Origin: Paramecium tetraurelia
Lineage: Eukaryota
Assembly (NCBI GenBank): GCA_000165425.1
Contig: CT867997.1
Span: 62,001 to 126,000 of the forward strand
Length of the DNA: 64,000 nucleotides
Reading direction: 5' to 3'
Made by a program: the position numbers and the translations under genes. The notes below the pieces were generated by a model, which worked only from the letters and a program-made list of their open reading frames with translations, had not been told where the DNA came from and did no database searches. Shown here piece by piece: positions 12,068-26,745 of the stretch (position 1 is its first letter; the number at the start of each line of letters is the position of its first letter).

Positions 12068-14037
12068 TCAGAGTTGTTTAGCTTTATGCTTATTAAGATA
12101 TCCCTTAATTTTTCCACGAAAAAAAATGTATCCTAAAAATCCAAAAGTTGAGAGAACTGTCCAAATATTTGATCTGTAGATTCCGAGCATCTTATGGCTG
12201 TAATTATCATTATCAAATTCAATTTAATCTTTCACTTTCTTCATTGTGGCACACAATTAAAATACTCTTTACTTTGCTTATGATTTTGCAAGCATCAGAA
12301 ATTCCTATTTATGATTTTATATTTTACCTAAAGCGGAGTTTGTTAAACACCTTTAGATGCGAGTGCATAAATAACCTTATCACAAGAAGAGCAATAAATT
12401 TTTTATGTTATTTTTCTGTATGTTTCATTTTAGATATTTTCCATCAAATTGCTACTAAAATAGAAATCAAATAAGGCTTTTTTATCATCATAAACAGTTT
12501 CTAGTTTTTTGATTGATTCAATAATATTTTCAAAGGTCTTATTATAAAAAGTGCCTTAATATACTCTATTTAAGAACAATATAGCTAGACAAGTAAAATC
12601 CACAATCATGTTCCATTGTAAAATTGGATCTTAAAAGAATTAATGCAATATTGGAATCAAATCAAAGTCTAGAAATACAGATGACAAATTCATGTACAAG
12701 TATATAAAGTAAAGAAAAACAAAAGCTATTTATGCTTCATTATAGTCCATCCAATCGTTATCTATTAATAGAGTTAATCTTCTCATATTATCCCAAGACT
12801 CTAAACTCAAATTACAGCTAAAATCTAATTTAAAATCTGAATTGTAAGGCAAATCATCTGGGATTTCATCTTTTCCACTATCATTTTCATCTTCCAACTG
12901 ATCTTGAGCTTTATTTGGAATGATCATGGTCTGCAATACATTAAGTATATATCTTTTTCCTTTAATATCATTACATTTGATTAAATCAATGAGCAGTATT
13001 ATCATGTTTAAATACATTCCTAAGAAACATACAAAAAAGGCGAATTCAATATCTAGAACATTTTCTGCTGATAATAACAGAAAAAGGGGAAAGCTTCCCT
13101 TCGCCATTAATACTATTAAATATATTAAGAGAATAGATGCTGGATCTTTTTCTTATTTAACTTTTATGTAATCGTAATGAGGCCAAAGGAAATTATCTAT
13201 TGCATGTCTGTAGCCTCTGAAACCTAAAGCTCTTAATTCTTTTAAGATTTTCAATTTATTAATTGGTTATTCAAATTACTTTTTCTCAAGTGGAATATCA
13301 TGTTAATTGGATAATATTTTACTAGCTTTCTCAATTAATTGTATTATCGAATGATCATTCAACGATATTATATCATCTATAGTGCAAATGCCAGGATCTG
13401 ATTCAAGAGCGATATAATAAAGGGTGCTATCAATATTTTCTGTTTCCATAGCAACTCTAATCTATTTATATAAATTTTCCTGTTTTAACTCTTCCTTTTT
13501 TTATGGCGAAAGATTTTAATGCAATAATTTTTAATACAATCTTCCAAGACCTAACTTACTCATATTTGCCTCCGAAACTAGAAAATCACAGTCCAATTCT
13601 TTCCTGTCAATTGATATTGTTAAAACATATGAGGACATTAAAATTTGAGATTACAGAAATATTAAGCAAGAAATTGCCCAATCTTCATAATTTATTGTAT
13701 ATTTATATCTTAATCCAACAAGAAGATACATCATTAAAATTGATAACATCATAGCAAGGTCGCAAACAAAGAAGATTATAGCTTTCAAACACTAAAACAA
13801 ATTGTATTCAATAAATACTTGAATTATTCTTAGGAATCTGATGCTTTTTACAATTTATCCAACGTATAAATAAAACAATTTAAAGGTAAAAACCGGCAAT
13901 GCAATTGTGGCATTGAATAAATATAGCATTATAAAACATTTGTATGGTCTCCATTCAAAGCTTTTTACATCTAAATTTTCAAATAAGATCTCCTTCTTCT
14001 CTTCCCTTGTTTAGTCTAAGTTTTATGGAGAATTCAT
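12068..14037 (-). CDS. Hypothetical multi-pass membrane protein
   Basis: MNSPQNLDQTREEKKEILFENL... with several hydrophobic segments; includes supplied ORF 12730-13107; ends ...GFLGYIFFRGKIKGYLNKHKAKQL*. Confidence 0.65.
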
Positions 14038-15222
14038 TTATTAATCCTTATTCAAAATTTAAATTTATTTTTAAAGAATATCAATTTCGGATATCATTAT
14101 TTAATTAGAAATCTCCAAATGGCAGTCAAATGGGTCTGAAAAATAAATCGAAAGAATATCTTATTTTTAATATTGTACAATAGAACAATTATTTGATTTT
14201 CCAATTAAAATTTTAATTGTAATTTTTTATGCTTCTATAATTTATAAATTCCAGAACAAATTTCAGTTCAAATTTATCTGAGTTTAACTTGAAGTATAAG
14301 GAAAATTTTTAAAACTCCTTCTTTGCCAATCTCAGAAGGAACTTTTTCAAAGCATAATTTTTAAATTAATGAGGCTCTTAAATATAAATTATGTACATAA
14401 TAAATGTGTATTATCATGCAAATACAAAATGAATAGTTCTAGGAAAGTAAATTATAAATTTTTGGATTCAGTATGTCAGTTGAATTCTCTAAAAGAATAG
14501 GAGTTTCTAGGTATTAATCAAATTAATAGTTTATTCTATTTAGCAACCTAAAGCATATTTCATAATTTTATACATTTAAATTACAAAAATCTTCACAGTC
14601 ATAATCAGAAAGTAAACCTAATTCCTCTATGTTCCTTGACTATTATCATGGAATATTTTGTTTTAGCATTAAAATTATAAATTTATTGCCTTTTAGTAAG
14701 TACAACTTTTATTAATAACAACTATTTATTAGTAGAAGCTTGCTTAAAATCTCAAGTATTTTCTTCCAACATTCTGATTTTCTTTTAGAAAAGGTGTTAT
14801 GGATAGACATAGATAATTTGAAACAAGACAAAACAAATCGATGAATCAAGCATATTCTTCTATTAATAAAAAGTTCAATATCAACAATACGATTACTTAA
14901 CGTATTATCATTGCAGTTAATATTCCAGACAACCGCATATATTTTTAGTTATAATATTAATCCGATATTTTTATTGATGGTCATTGGAGTTAATATTTTA
15001 TTCTTTTCAACTTATTTGGTGATTAATAATTCAGTGGAACTTAAATTAAGAATGAGATTAGATAAAAATTAAAAAGAAGGATGTGGAGATTTTCATGATA
15101 AAGATAAATGATTCTATGAGGAACAATGGAGAATTAAAAACCCTTTAGATTATAATGGAAATTATATTAGTTATTGGATAAATGGATTTCAAGTTAATTA
15201 AATAAATTATTAAAATTTGTTT

Positions 15223-15939
15223 ATGCTAAATTTGATAAAACATCAATAAACAACTTTGATAAAAGTGCCAACAAAATTTATGTTTGAAATTGTTAAGAAT
15301 GTAGATGCTTATTATCAATTTCTGCCGGGATGTTCTTAAAGTAAGACTTTCAATCATAAATCAAATTATTTCGAAGGAGAATTAGTAGTTGACTATAAAC
15401 TATTTAAATCCTCTTATATTTCAAAAGTTTTTATTTAATAACATCCTTAATTCTATACTATTACTTCGATATCAGAAAATAATGCAGTATTTAAAATGCT
15501 TAAAAGTATTTGGGAATTAAAAGGAGATGAAAAACAATGTTAAGCAAACTATAGCATAGAATTTCTATTTTAAAACCCTTTGTTTTAGCATGCTTCATCT
15601 CTATTTTTGAAAGACATTGTAAATTCAACAAGCAATGCTTTTGAATAGCGAGCATATAAAGTGTTTTAGGAATAATAAAAGAATTATTCTCATTCCGATA
15701 ACAATGAAGGAAATAATACTATGGTAGATACTGAGAAAATAACAAACTCAGACCCTTTAAATAGATTAATATCAAAAAAGCTAATTGATGAATAATAATT
15801 AAATATGATTATAAGAAATTAAGAAATATTGAATTTGATTAAATAAATGCAAAATCTATACTAAGATCAAAATTAAGCAGACTAGAAATGTGTTGAATTT
15901 ATAAAAGAGTACTTGCTCTTATAATAGTTTAAAATTTGA
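15223..15939 (+). CDS. COQ10: COQ10/RatA-like START (polyketide cyclase) domain protein
   Basis: MFEIVKNVDAYYQFLPGCSQSK...ELVVDYKLFKSSYISKV...FKMLKSIWEL...YSIEFLFQNPL...AFEQRA. Confidence 0.8.
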
Positions 15940-15970
15940 TCCAAAAATTATATTAAATTGATATTTTAAA

Positions 15971-17714
15971 TCATTTGTATCTTTTAGGAGTATCATATAT
16001 TCTGCTTTGAACAAAGTTACTTTATGTAGCTAAATCATACTCAAGTGCTCTATCTCTAGCTCTTCTTTCCAACTCAGCTTCCAACTCTAATCTCTCTAAT
16101 CTCTCCTTGCTTCTTTGTCGTTCATATTCTAATTCTCTTTCTACTCTCTCTAATTATCTACTTCTTTCAAGAACCTATCTCTCATTTTCTAATTATTCAA
16201 TTCTCAATTAAGATTTTCTTAACTGTTCAACTCTCTCCCTGCTTTATCTCAATTCTTCCAAAGCTCTTTGCTGTTCCCTACTTTATCTCAAAGCCTCAAT
16301 TTATTCTAATCTTTCTCTACTCTTTCTTAAATCTTCTAATCTCTCTTGGCTCTTTTTTAGTTCAATTTCTTCCTTTTATCTCTTTAGTTATTCTAATCTC
16401 TCTTAACTTGTTCTTAATTCTTCAATTTTCTTTCTCTAGTTTTGCAATTCTTCAATCCTACTTCTTGATTTTCTGAGTTCTTCAATCTTCTCTTAATTCT
16501 TTCTCTCCTATTCTAATTGTTCCAATCTTTCTCTGCTCTTTCTTAAATCCTCAAGTCTTTCTCTGCTTTTCCTTAATTCATCAATTTAAGCTTATCTTTC
16601 TCTACTTTTCTTTAATTCTTCTAGTTCTTCCATTCTCTATCTACTTCTTTTTAGTTCCTCTAATTAGTTTAATCTTTCCCTACTCTTCTTTAAGTCCTCT
16701 AATCTTTCCCTGCTTTTTCTAAGATCTTCCAATCTTTCTCTACTTCTTCTTAATTCATCAAGTTACTCAATTCTTTCTCTACTTCTTTTCAAATCCTACA
16801 TTTATTCCAATCTTTCTCTGCTTCTTCTGAGATCTTCTACTCTTTCTCTACTCTTCTTTAAATCCTCTAAGACTTCTCTTTCTCTTTCAATTTGAATGAT
16901 TCTCTCTCTACTTCTTCTTAATTCATTAGCTATTTGTCTCTCTTGTTGGAAGAAATCTGGAACAAAAGTTAAAGCTTCCAATAATTCAGAATAAGTTATT
17001 CTTCCATCTTCGTCTGAATCTACTACTCTGAAGAAGGCTGTCAGTTCATCAAATGATAATTTGGCACCATTTTATCTTAAAAAATCTTATAAACTAAAAT
17101 TTATGAGATAATATATTACGTATCAATGGTGATGTATCCCAAAAATACTTAATCGATACATCTAAAAGCATCCAAGGATGTGAAATCAGCACTTGCTGTT
17201 AATATTTCTTAGGAAGCAGTTATCGAACTAAATTTTCAAATTATAATAGTACTTAAAGTTTTAAATTTCTTATTAGAATACTCTAGAAAGTCCCCACTCT
17301 ATTTCTGTTGGTAATAACATATTAACTTCAATGTAATAACTATCCCTAAGTGTCGCAATTTGTCTTAATCTAGAGTCCTCCTTTGGCAAAACTGCTTTGA
17401 CGAAGCTAATCAGATTACAAAATATCATACTCAGGATAAGTGATTCTCCCATCTCTGTTGAGATCGAGTCTTCTGAATAGATAATCGGATTGAGCCTTAG
17501 TAGGATATATTTTATTATCCGACAAGAACTCAACTATGTCAGAAACAGTTAATTCTCCTGTTCTCAATTGATCTAATCTCCTGAAGGCAGTATATGGCTC
17601 AAACATCTTTTGTTCTGCTAACACTTAACGGACCATCTCTGTTTTCTTTTCACCTTCTGCGATTGTGATGATTAAGTTTGCTAATCTTCCTTGTGTTCTT
17701 GCTGAAAGGTACAT
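15971..17714 (-). CDS. EF-hand protein with a long charged tandem-repeat coiled-coil tail
   Basis: MYLSARTQGRLANLII...FEPYTAFRRLD, EF loops DLNRDGRITYPE and DSDEDGRITYSE, then repeated L[RK][RK]SRERLE units. Confidence 0.85.
16080..16925 (-). repeat. Degenerate coding tandem repeat (10/13-aa L[RK][RK]SRER[LIV]E units)
   Basis: CT-rich periodic sequence on the + strand; roughly 18-20 units translated on the - strand. Confidence 0.85.
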
Positions 17715-18810
17715 GAATAAATAAAATTTATTTGCAATTAAATAAAAATTAAATCTCAGAATTACCAATTTATGCTCATCAATAAATTACTCATTATACA
17801 ATTAATACTTAATCTTAATTAATTTAAATTGTTTAAATTTTATAATTTTTAAGCTCGTAAATTTTTATTTTTCCAAACAATATCATATTTGTACTAAAAC
17901 TTCTGTATAAAAACCATTTCAGTCTATATTGCATATTATTTTCTTGATTTTTATTAAATTATAATATGATGTCTTATTATTAATAAATAGAAGAATTAAC
18001 GATTTTATATGATGTGTACTTTAAAATTGTTATTAAATAATCCTTTAAAAATGGTTATGATGAATAATAATTTATGACTTTGAAAATTCAACAATTTTAC
18101 TTAACTAAACAAATAAGCAAAATTATAAATCTTTTGAGTATTAATTAACAAAATGGAGTCAAAATTGATTGAATTCTCTTAAATTCTATTTAATGATTGA
18201 TTATCTTAATTTTAAACAAAAAAATATATGTTTTTCATTTAAAATCAAGTAGCGAGTGAAATTTTAATTTAGAGTCAATTAGATCTTTCCAAATTTCGTT
18301 TGAATACTTTATGTATGTAAGAATGTTATTTTTCATTAATATCAAATTTATATTTACAATTATTTAGATATTTCTCATAAATTTGAAATATCAGAAGCAT
18401 CATTATATCATGCACAAGCAAAATAACTATAATATAAAAAAGTACTTTAGATTATTTTACTCTTTACATTTAAGTAAAACATTTCAAAAATTTCTAAAAA
18501 TTTAATCAAGTTAAATTACTACTTTTCTTTTCACTATAAAAAAACAAGCTTTTGAAAGAGAAATATTATTAATAGGTAGTTTGAACTTGAATATATTTCC
18601 AAGCAATCTATTTTTGATTTTACAAGAATCACTTCACTACTAAATAGAAAAAACATGTTTTACTTAATTTTTATGTTTAAGATTCAAAATATGAGCGAAA
18701 GAAAAATACTTTTATTTTAATCATGTGAGTTAGCTTGATTTTTGCTTAATGGTTCTTTTAAATCTATTTCCTTTTATTTTATTATTATTAATACCGTTAA
18801 TATTTTGATT

Positions 18811-20041
<1,231 letters not shown>

Positions 20042-20177
20042 TCTATTCTATAAATTATTTAGTTAATTATTTGCTGAGCAATAAATAAGGGATTTTTGTT
20101 TAATATATATTTATATCTAATGAAAAAAGTATTTGAAATATATTGTATAATAATAATTTATTAAATAAAGAAAATTA

Positions 20178-22163
20178 ATGTCATTGAAATGTCATGATCG
20201 TCAAAAGATTTTGAGCATAGAGCAAAATGCGGGCCTAACAAAAGAATAGTATGAAAAAAAATATTTATTTCATCGTTTAAAAGAAAGATTTTTACATAGC
20301 TCTGATTTATCACTTGAAACAATCACCCCAGAGGGACATGAAAACATTTACTTACCAATGGATATTCAAACTCCGACTTAAGCAGATGGTTTAAGTTATG
20401 AGGATGAATAGGCTCTTAGGATGCACGGTGCTTAAATTTGTTTCCAAGCCTGCAATCACTTAAAATTACCATTAACAACAGCCATTACAAGCTTAGTAAT
20501 ATTTCATAGATTTTTTGCTAAGTATTACAAATGATGTCAAAATATTTAGGAATTCTTTCGTGGATTTTGATTACCGCGAAATTTCAATGGCTTCATTGTA
20601 TTTGGCAGGCAAGGTTGAAGAAACATTACTGAAAACATGGTATATAGCAGGTGCATTTAGCTCTGTGTTTCAAAAACAAAAATAAGCTCCATTGTAAAAT
20701 TAACATTTATGTCTAGGGACATCATAATTAAATAAGAAAAACTAATTCTTAAGGAACTCGGATTTGAATTATTTAAAGTTTCAGATCATCCGCATAAGTT
20801 CATAGAATCATTTTATCATTTTATTAAGGTCGATAAGCAGGTAGCTCAAAAAGCTTGGTATTACTTGAACGATTCATACATGACTGATTTATGCGTACAT
20901 TTTCCACCTTAAGTTATTGCAGCAGGAGCTTTGTATTTAGCATTGAGGGTCTGTAATCATCCCATGCCCACTTAACCATGGTGGATTCTATTAGAAGCTA
21001 CTTTGGCATAAATAGAGTAAGTAGCTGCCACCATATATAATATTTATGAATTCGAAAAGATGGATTTTAGACAAGCAAGAAGAATCTTAGCAAAAGCCAA
21101 TAGAGTAGCTTATGTAATTTAACATAGCGAAATCTATGGCATGCCTGAAAAGATTGAAAGACCTTTAGAAACAAAAAAATAGAATTCTATTTAACCATCC
21201 TAATAGTAATCTTAATAGCCTTAATTATAAATTCAATAAGAGCAAACCCAAAATAATAAAGATAAATAAGAGCCATCACCTAATAACAAAGAAAAAAAAA
21301 GTATTAAAAAAAAAAGCAAGGATAAAAAAAATAAATCTGAAAAGAAGAAAAACAAGGATAAGGATAAAGAGAAAGAAAAGAAAAAAGAAGATAAAAAAAA
21401 GAAAAAGTTAAGTAAATATATAATTACTATTTATTAGAAGTCGATTCCAGAAGCAAATCTAATTGATAAAAAATTATCAAAAAAGTAAAAAAAGAAAGAA
21501 AAAGGAGAAAGAAAAAGAAAGAGAGAGAGAAAGGGAGAGAGAGAGAGAAAGAGATAAAGAAAGAGAGAAAGAAAATGAGAAAGAGAAAGATAAAGAAATA
21601 AAAGAAAACAATAAAGAGAAAGATATCTAAAAAAATGATTAAGAGAAACCATCAGTAGATCAAAATTCAAAAAAAGATTAAGATCAATAATTAGATAGAG
21701 GTATGATTAAATCCAATATGGAGATTGAGAATGAAATTGAACAAACTAAAATCAACAACAATAACTAGTAATAAAATTAAAAAGGTAACGAATAAATTAG
21801 AGATGACAATATCCACCAAAATTCACTGGCAAATCAGGAGTCTTAGTTTTAGGCATAACAAACTAATCAAGATGATTAGTAGCAAAATATTGTACCTATA
21901 GATGACTAATCGAAAGTGTAATTGCCTTTATAGAGTAAATAGGATTTCATTGCTCAAATGAAAGCTTTACTAAAAACCTAATAACTACAGAAAATTGATG
22001 ATGTTGAAAAGAAGGATAAAGAAGTTGAGATCAATTAAATAGAAAAACAATCTCCAAACGAATAGGATTCAGAGGAGGATCAATAACTTAATGCAATTAA
22101 ATTAAAAAGTAAATTTATTTTTTAATGAATGTAGTTTTAGCAAAAAAAAGGAATGAATAATGA
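20178..22163 (+). CDS. CCNL: Cyclin L-like protein with Lys/Arg/Glu-rich low-complexity C-terminus
   Basis: TPTQADGLSYEDEQALRMHGAQICFQACNHLKLPLTTAITSLVIFHRFF...ASLYLAGKVEE matches the cyclin L N-terminal box; PWWILL motif; charged tail. Confidence 0.85.
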
Positions 22164-22179
22164 GCTCTGTTATATTAAT

Positions 22180-22930
22180 TCAAAGAATTCGCTTAAGGTT
22201 ATTTTTCTGTAACTTTCTATCTATGTCTTTCTTTACAACTTCCAAAGAACTATCATCAAGCTCTTTAATTAAAGATAGAACAGCACATAGTATATTTTCA
22301 TTTCGTTCTATGTTCTTATTATTATTTTAAATATTTTATTGATTTGAACTGATATCAGGGGTTATAGGCCTTTATTATTCTTGTTGGTTGAAAATAAATG
22401 GTTGTTTTTTAGGAGATTCTTTTAGACTTGATTTCGGTCTATTTAGAATATTGCTATTCTAAGTTTATTCTTCAAAATCATCTTCTAAAATATTGACAGA
22501 TTAAGCATTCTATCTATCTTCATTTGTTATTGTAGTATTGTCAAGTTTAACTAAGTTTGGCAGGTACTTAACTACAATTTCTCTATAATTAGGATGATCT
22601 GCACAAGGATTGTCTAAGGTAATTTTTGAATTGAGTACCTTACAACCACAAAACTCTTAAATGAGGTAAATGAACCAAATATCTCAATTCTTTTATATCA
22701 CTAACACAATTTTTTCTAAGGTAGAGTTCTTGCAATTTTTGGCAACAGCCTATATCTTTGAGAGTTGAAATCTTATTCACAGATAATGAAAGCACTTCCA
22801 AATTTGGTAATTGTCTCAATGCTTTCAAATCATCAATGTCGTTTCCCCATAAATTTAGGTTTTTAATTTAGAAAAGTTGATCGTTTTTTGTTTTTTGAAC
22901 TATGAGCTCGGCTGTTAACGGTTTACCCAT
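22180..22930 (-). CDS. CFAP410: Cilia/basal-body LRR protein CFAP410 (C21orf2)-like
   Basis: LTAELIVQKTK..IKNLNLWGNDIDDL..LEVLSLSVNKISTL..LQELYLRKN..LRVLWLQDNPC; C-terminal NILCAVLSLIKELD helix. Confidence 0.9.
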
Positions 22931-22998
22931 TTGAAATTATTATATTATATTAATTCTAATTAAAAAGTGAGAAATAAAAATCATAGTTTAGGTATGTT

Positions 22999-24243
22999 TC
23001 AAATAAATATTAGTTCAGGTAAATCTACTCCTTTGGTTTCAACTGGACAAGTCGGACATTTAAATTTTTATTTGTTTGCAATCATTTTATGAGCAGATAG
23101 TTTAGAAATGACATGTCCGCATTTTAATAGTACTGGAGGATTATCAGAGTTTGTCACTTCTCTAGAAACAGGGCATACGAAGAATGAATGATATTTATAT
23201 TCTTTCCCAATTTCAATATCTATAGGGATATCATTTGTAAGAACTTCAGAAGATCTATCTATTCATTATTCTAAATTATTACTTCGTGTGATTTAGTTAT
23301 ATTTAATTAATTTAGGCATGGCTAAACAACCAGCTGAAAATACAGTTCTAATTTCTGATTTAGTTAAAATATCTATAAATTAAGTTTGATAATACTTTAA
23401 GATTTAGCTGCAACTTCTAAAAATAGATTGAGAACCCTGGGCCAGTTTCTTTCATTATCATATAAATAGAAGTATTTGGTATTTTCAACATTCGGCCATA
23501 TCAATAATGAATAAGTAATTAAGCATATCTCATATAATCTGCCCTGACTTTATTCTTAAAATGAAGCACTATTTCTCATAAAGTTAATGGCTACATTAAT
23601 ACCTTCAGTTTACACTAATTATATCACCTAAATTATAGAGTCCTAAATAATACTCTTTGTTTCAATAACTCATAAAGTAGATTATTAACAGATTTCTTTC
23701 CTCTATTTTCTGCCCATTATATAGCTGAATCTAATTTTTTTTCTTTTAAATCTTTCACAATACTCTGAGCTTCAGTAAAAAATTAATGGAAATTAGAGTC
23801 TACTGAACCTGATTCCTTTACTAAAGTCTCATAAGCCTCAAACTCGCCATCTCTAAGTAGATGAGTCTTTATTAACTAAATTTATAATTTTTAATTCTAA
23901 CTTCTGTAAGGACATTCTAATCCAACTCAATATGTTCTTGTCCATATTGTAAATTTTTTTTGTATACCTTATCCATGTTTTTTCCTAACTTCGAAATATA
24001 TGCATAGCAGTCATTATTTGTTTGTTTTATTTTTGTCAATGGTTTTTCGTTCTTCCTTAATAAATATTATACTTGTAATTTATCTTTTAATTAAGAATAG
24101 TCATTGTTTGTTTTAGCCTCCTCAATTTCTGTGATGATTTGATCAAGCTAGCCATTTAATACTTTATTAGAAATTTTAGTTTTTTTTCTAATTCTCTCCA
24201 AATCCTTCAATAAAGTGCTACCTTCCTGTTATGTGATACTCAT
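22999..24243 (-). CDS. RMND5: RMND5/GID2-like CTLH/GID E3 ligase RING subunit
   Basis: C-terminal YHSFFVCPVSREVTNSDNPPVLLKCGHVISK...KFKCPTCP; LisH/CTLH-like region upstream. Confidence 0.9.
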
Positions 24244-24278
24244 AATATAATAAAAATTAAATCAATTATAGAAAATCA

Positions 24279-25483
24279 TCAATATTAATATTTTTTCTTT
24301 AATCCTTTTTATTTTAATTAAAATTCTTATTCTTCCTAATTCTTCAATTTATTGCTTCTCTTTTAATCCTTTTCCTTTAATATATATAAGATACTTCTTA
24401 AATGTCTAACACATTGAAGTGTTCAAAAACAGAAGGGTTCTCAGGAGCCTCATTAAATATTTCAAATATTGTCATAGCATCATGATATCCGATTTAATTT
24501 CCATCTCTCAATTGCTAAATATAATATTGTCTTATATCTCCTCTCCGAAACTCCCAAGTCAAAATTGGAATGCTCTCTGGATCAACATATTTTATTGAAT
24601 GCCAAATTAATTCAAAAGAGCCGTTATAAATTCCATCGTTATCCCAGTATTTATAAGTCTAATTAGGATCATAATCACTTATCATTTAAGCAATTCCTAT
24701 AAGTTTAGAATTTTAGCCTAAAGGAAAAAATATTAAATAAACAGATTTATTTTTATCCGCGTATAATTATGATAGTTCTTGATTAACTAAAGAACTCGAA
24801 CACCAAATCCCATACTTGATAGCCTTATGAATATTTTAAAATCCATTTTTAGGTCTTATAAGAACAAAATGTGAATCTTGAGAGGGCATATGATTTTTAT
24901 TTAGTTATTTTAATGGGTTAAAATTCGCCCTTAATTCATTCATGTCATAATAATCATTAGCCCTTAAAAACTAAGTTTGGAATTAATAGAAAATATTATT
25001 AGATTATTAAGGCAGTTAATACATTTAGTAATTTTTATTTTACTAATAACCTGCATTATTCTATGTATTATAATAGCCCCTGCTTTGGTTATCTTTACGG
25101 TTATATTGTTCCCTATTTTACCTTTCAGGATATTATCCGAATTATTGTTATTAATCAGAGTAACATCCTTAATCAGTTTGGCGAGCCTGAACTTACATTT
25201 ATTAATTATAGTATGTTTTCTCCGATTAATGCTTTTTATTATGTTATTAATATCCTCTTTTGGGTATGTAATCATTTTACTAATTAAAATATGATCCAGA
25301 AGCCTAATTCATTTGTTTATACCCTTTAAGAGGCGCGACTCCAACTTACTAATCATAATTTCCATTTTAGTTCTACATATTTTAATTCTAATTTTTATAT
25401 CCTTTCAATGGTCTCATGTCCTGAGATGTCTCTTAATTTTCGTAATTGGTTTGAGTGTTAGCATTTCCCCAATACTAGTCCAT
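24279..25483 (-). CDS. YTH-domain protein with Q/N/Y-rich low-complexity N-terminus
   Basis: HFVLIRPKNGFQNIHKAIKYGIWCSS..VYLIFF..GIAQMISDYD..YWDNDGIYNGSFELIW..LRDGNQI..SVFEHF aligns by eye with YTHDF-type YTH domains; one 20-nt intron. Confidence 0.85.
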
Positions 25484-25982
25484 ATAATTATGAAATTTTT
25501 TCTAAAGAATTTAATTATTTTCTTTAGCAATTAGTATGAATTTTTAATACAAAATATTTAAGTTTATATATTATTATATAGGGTGCATTATAATTAATTA
25601 GAACTAATTTTTGTGTAAAAATATAATAAAAAAAATGTAATTGAAGAAGTTTATTTTTGAATATCATACTTTTATATTCAAAGTAACTTAGAATATTTAT
25701 ATATACAAATTTATTTAAACTAATATTTATTTAGTCAATTAGGGTTGTTAGAACAGAAGATACTTTATTAATATTTTTTAAATGTATTCATTTTTAGTTT
25801 TAAACTGAAAGTTGTTTCATATTTTTAGGAACAAACAACAATCATTGCTATCAAATTTAGGAATAACTATAATTTATAGAAATAACTAAATGAAAGATGC
25901 ATTAGTAACATAATTTAGGAATTCTTATTTAATGAATAGAGTATTATAATTGATTTATAAACTTAAATTTCACACTTATATT

Positions 25983-26745
25983 ATGAGATCCAGCTTAGCT
26001 CTTCGTTTAAGAAATTCTATAGATAATACTCATATTTAATATGACAATAAATACTCCGTTCATGTGAATACTTAACATCCTGTAATGAGTCCTAGGAAGT
26101 CAGTTGATAAAACTACCATCAATTAGATTTATAAAGTAACTTAACCACATCAAATTAAACATAAAACAACAAAATTGGGAAGGGATTCATGTGGCTATAA
26201 TGTTAGATACAACAATTCTGTTGATGTAAGTTTAGAAGAATTAAAGAAAATAAAAACATTAGAAAAAAGTTTATATTGCATTTAAGACAATAGATAAAGA
26301 GGCGATAATAAAATCATTAATGATAAAGTTCTAAAAGAGGTTCTGTAAATATAATATCTATTCTTCTTAGAACCCTTTCTAAATCAGCAATAACTTAGAT
26401 AAATAACCGAAAAGATATTCTCTCCCTGTTTTAAATAAGAAATAATCGCCTTAACATAGTAACCAGGATAAAATCAAGATTCCAGTGTTGCCAGTCATAT
26501 CTGAAAATATTAATGCCAAATAAAACAACTTTAGTATCGAAAAATGTTTGGAAGACCTAAATAAAATTAAGAGCGGTGGACATAAAGAGTATCCATAATC
26601 AACGGAAAGAATTTTGGACTTATTATTACTAAACACATGCGATTTAAAAAAAATCTTCAAAAACCAGAACCAAAAGAACAAAAGGAAAATAATTGTTTAA
26701 AGTAAAGTGCCTTAAGATTTTTTTAATATTTTAAAAAACTACTGA
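25983..26745 (+). CDS. Hypothetical protein
   Basis: Code-6 ORF MRSSLALRLRNSIDN... with one intron and TGA at 26743-26745; an upstream in-frame ATG near 25890 is possible. Confidence 0.6.

Noticed and set aside
21434..21670. Phe/Leu/Ser-rich minus-strand ORF and GA-rich repeat
   Set aside because: It is the antisense of the Lys/Glu/Arg-rich cyclin L tail
24964..25534. Several overlapping hydrophobic or Asn/Ile-rich ORFs in the track
   Set aside because: They are antisense or out-of-frame readings of the Q/N-rich YTH gene
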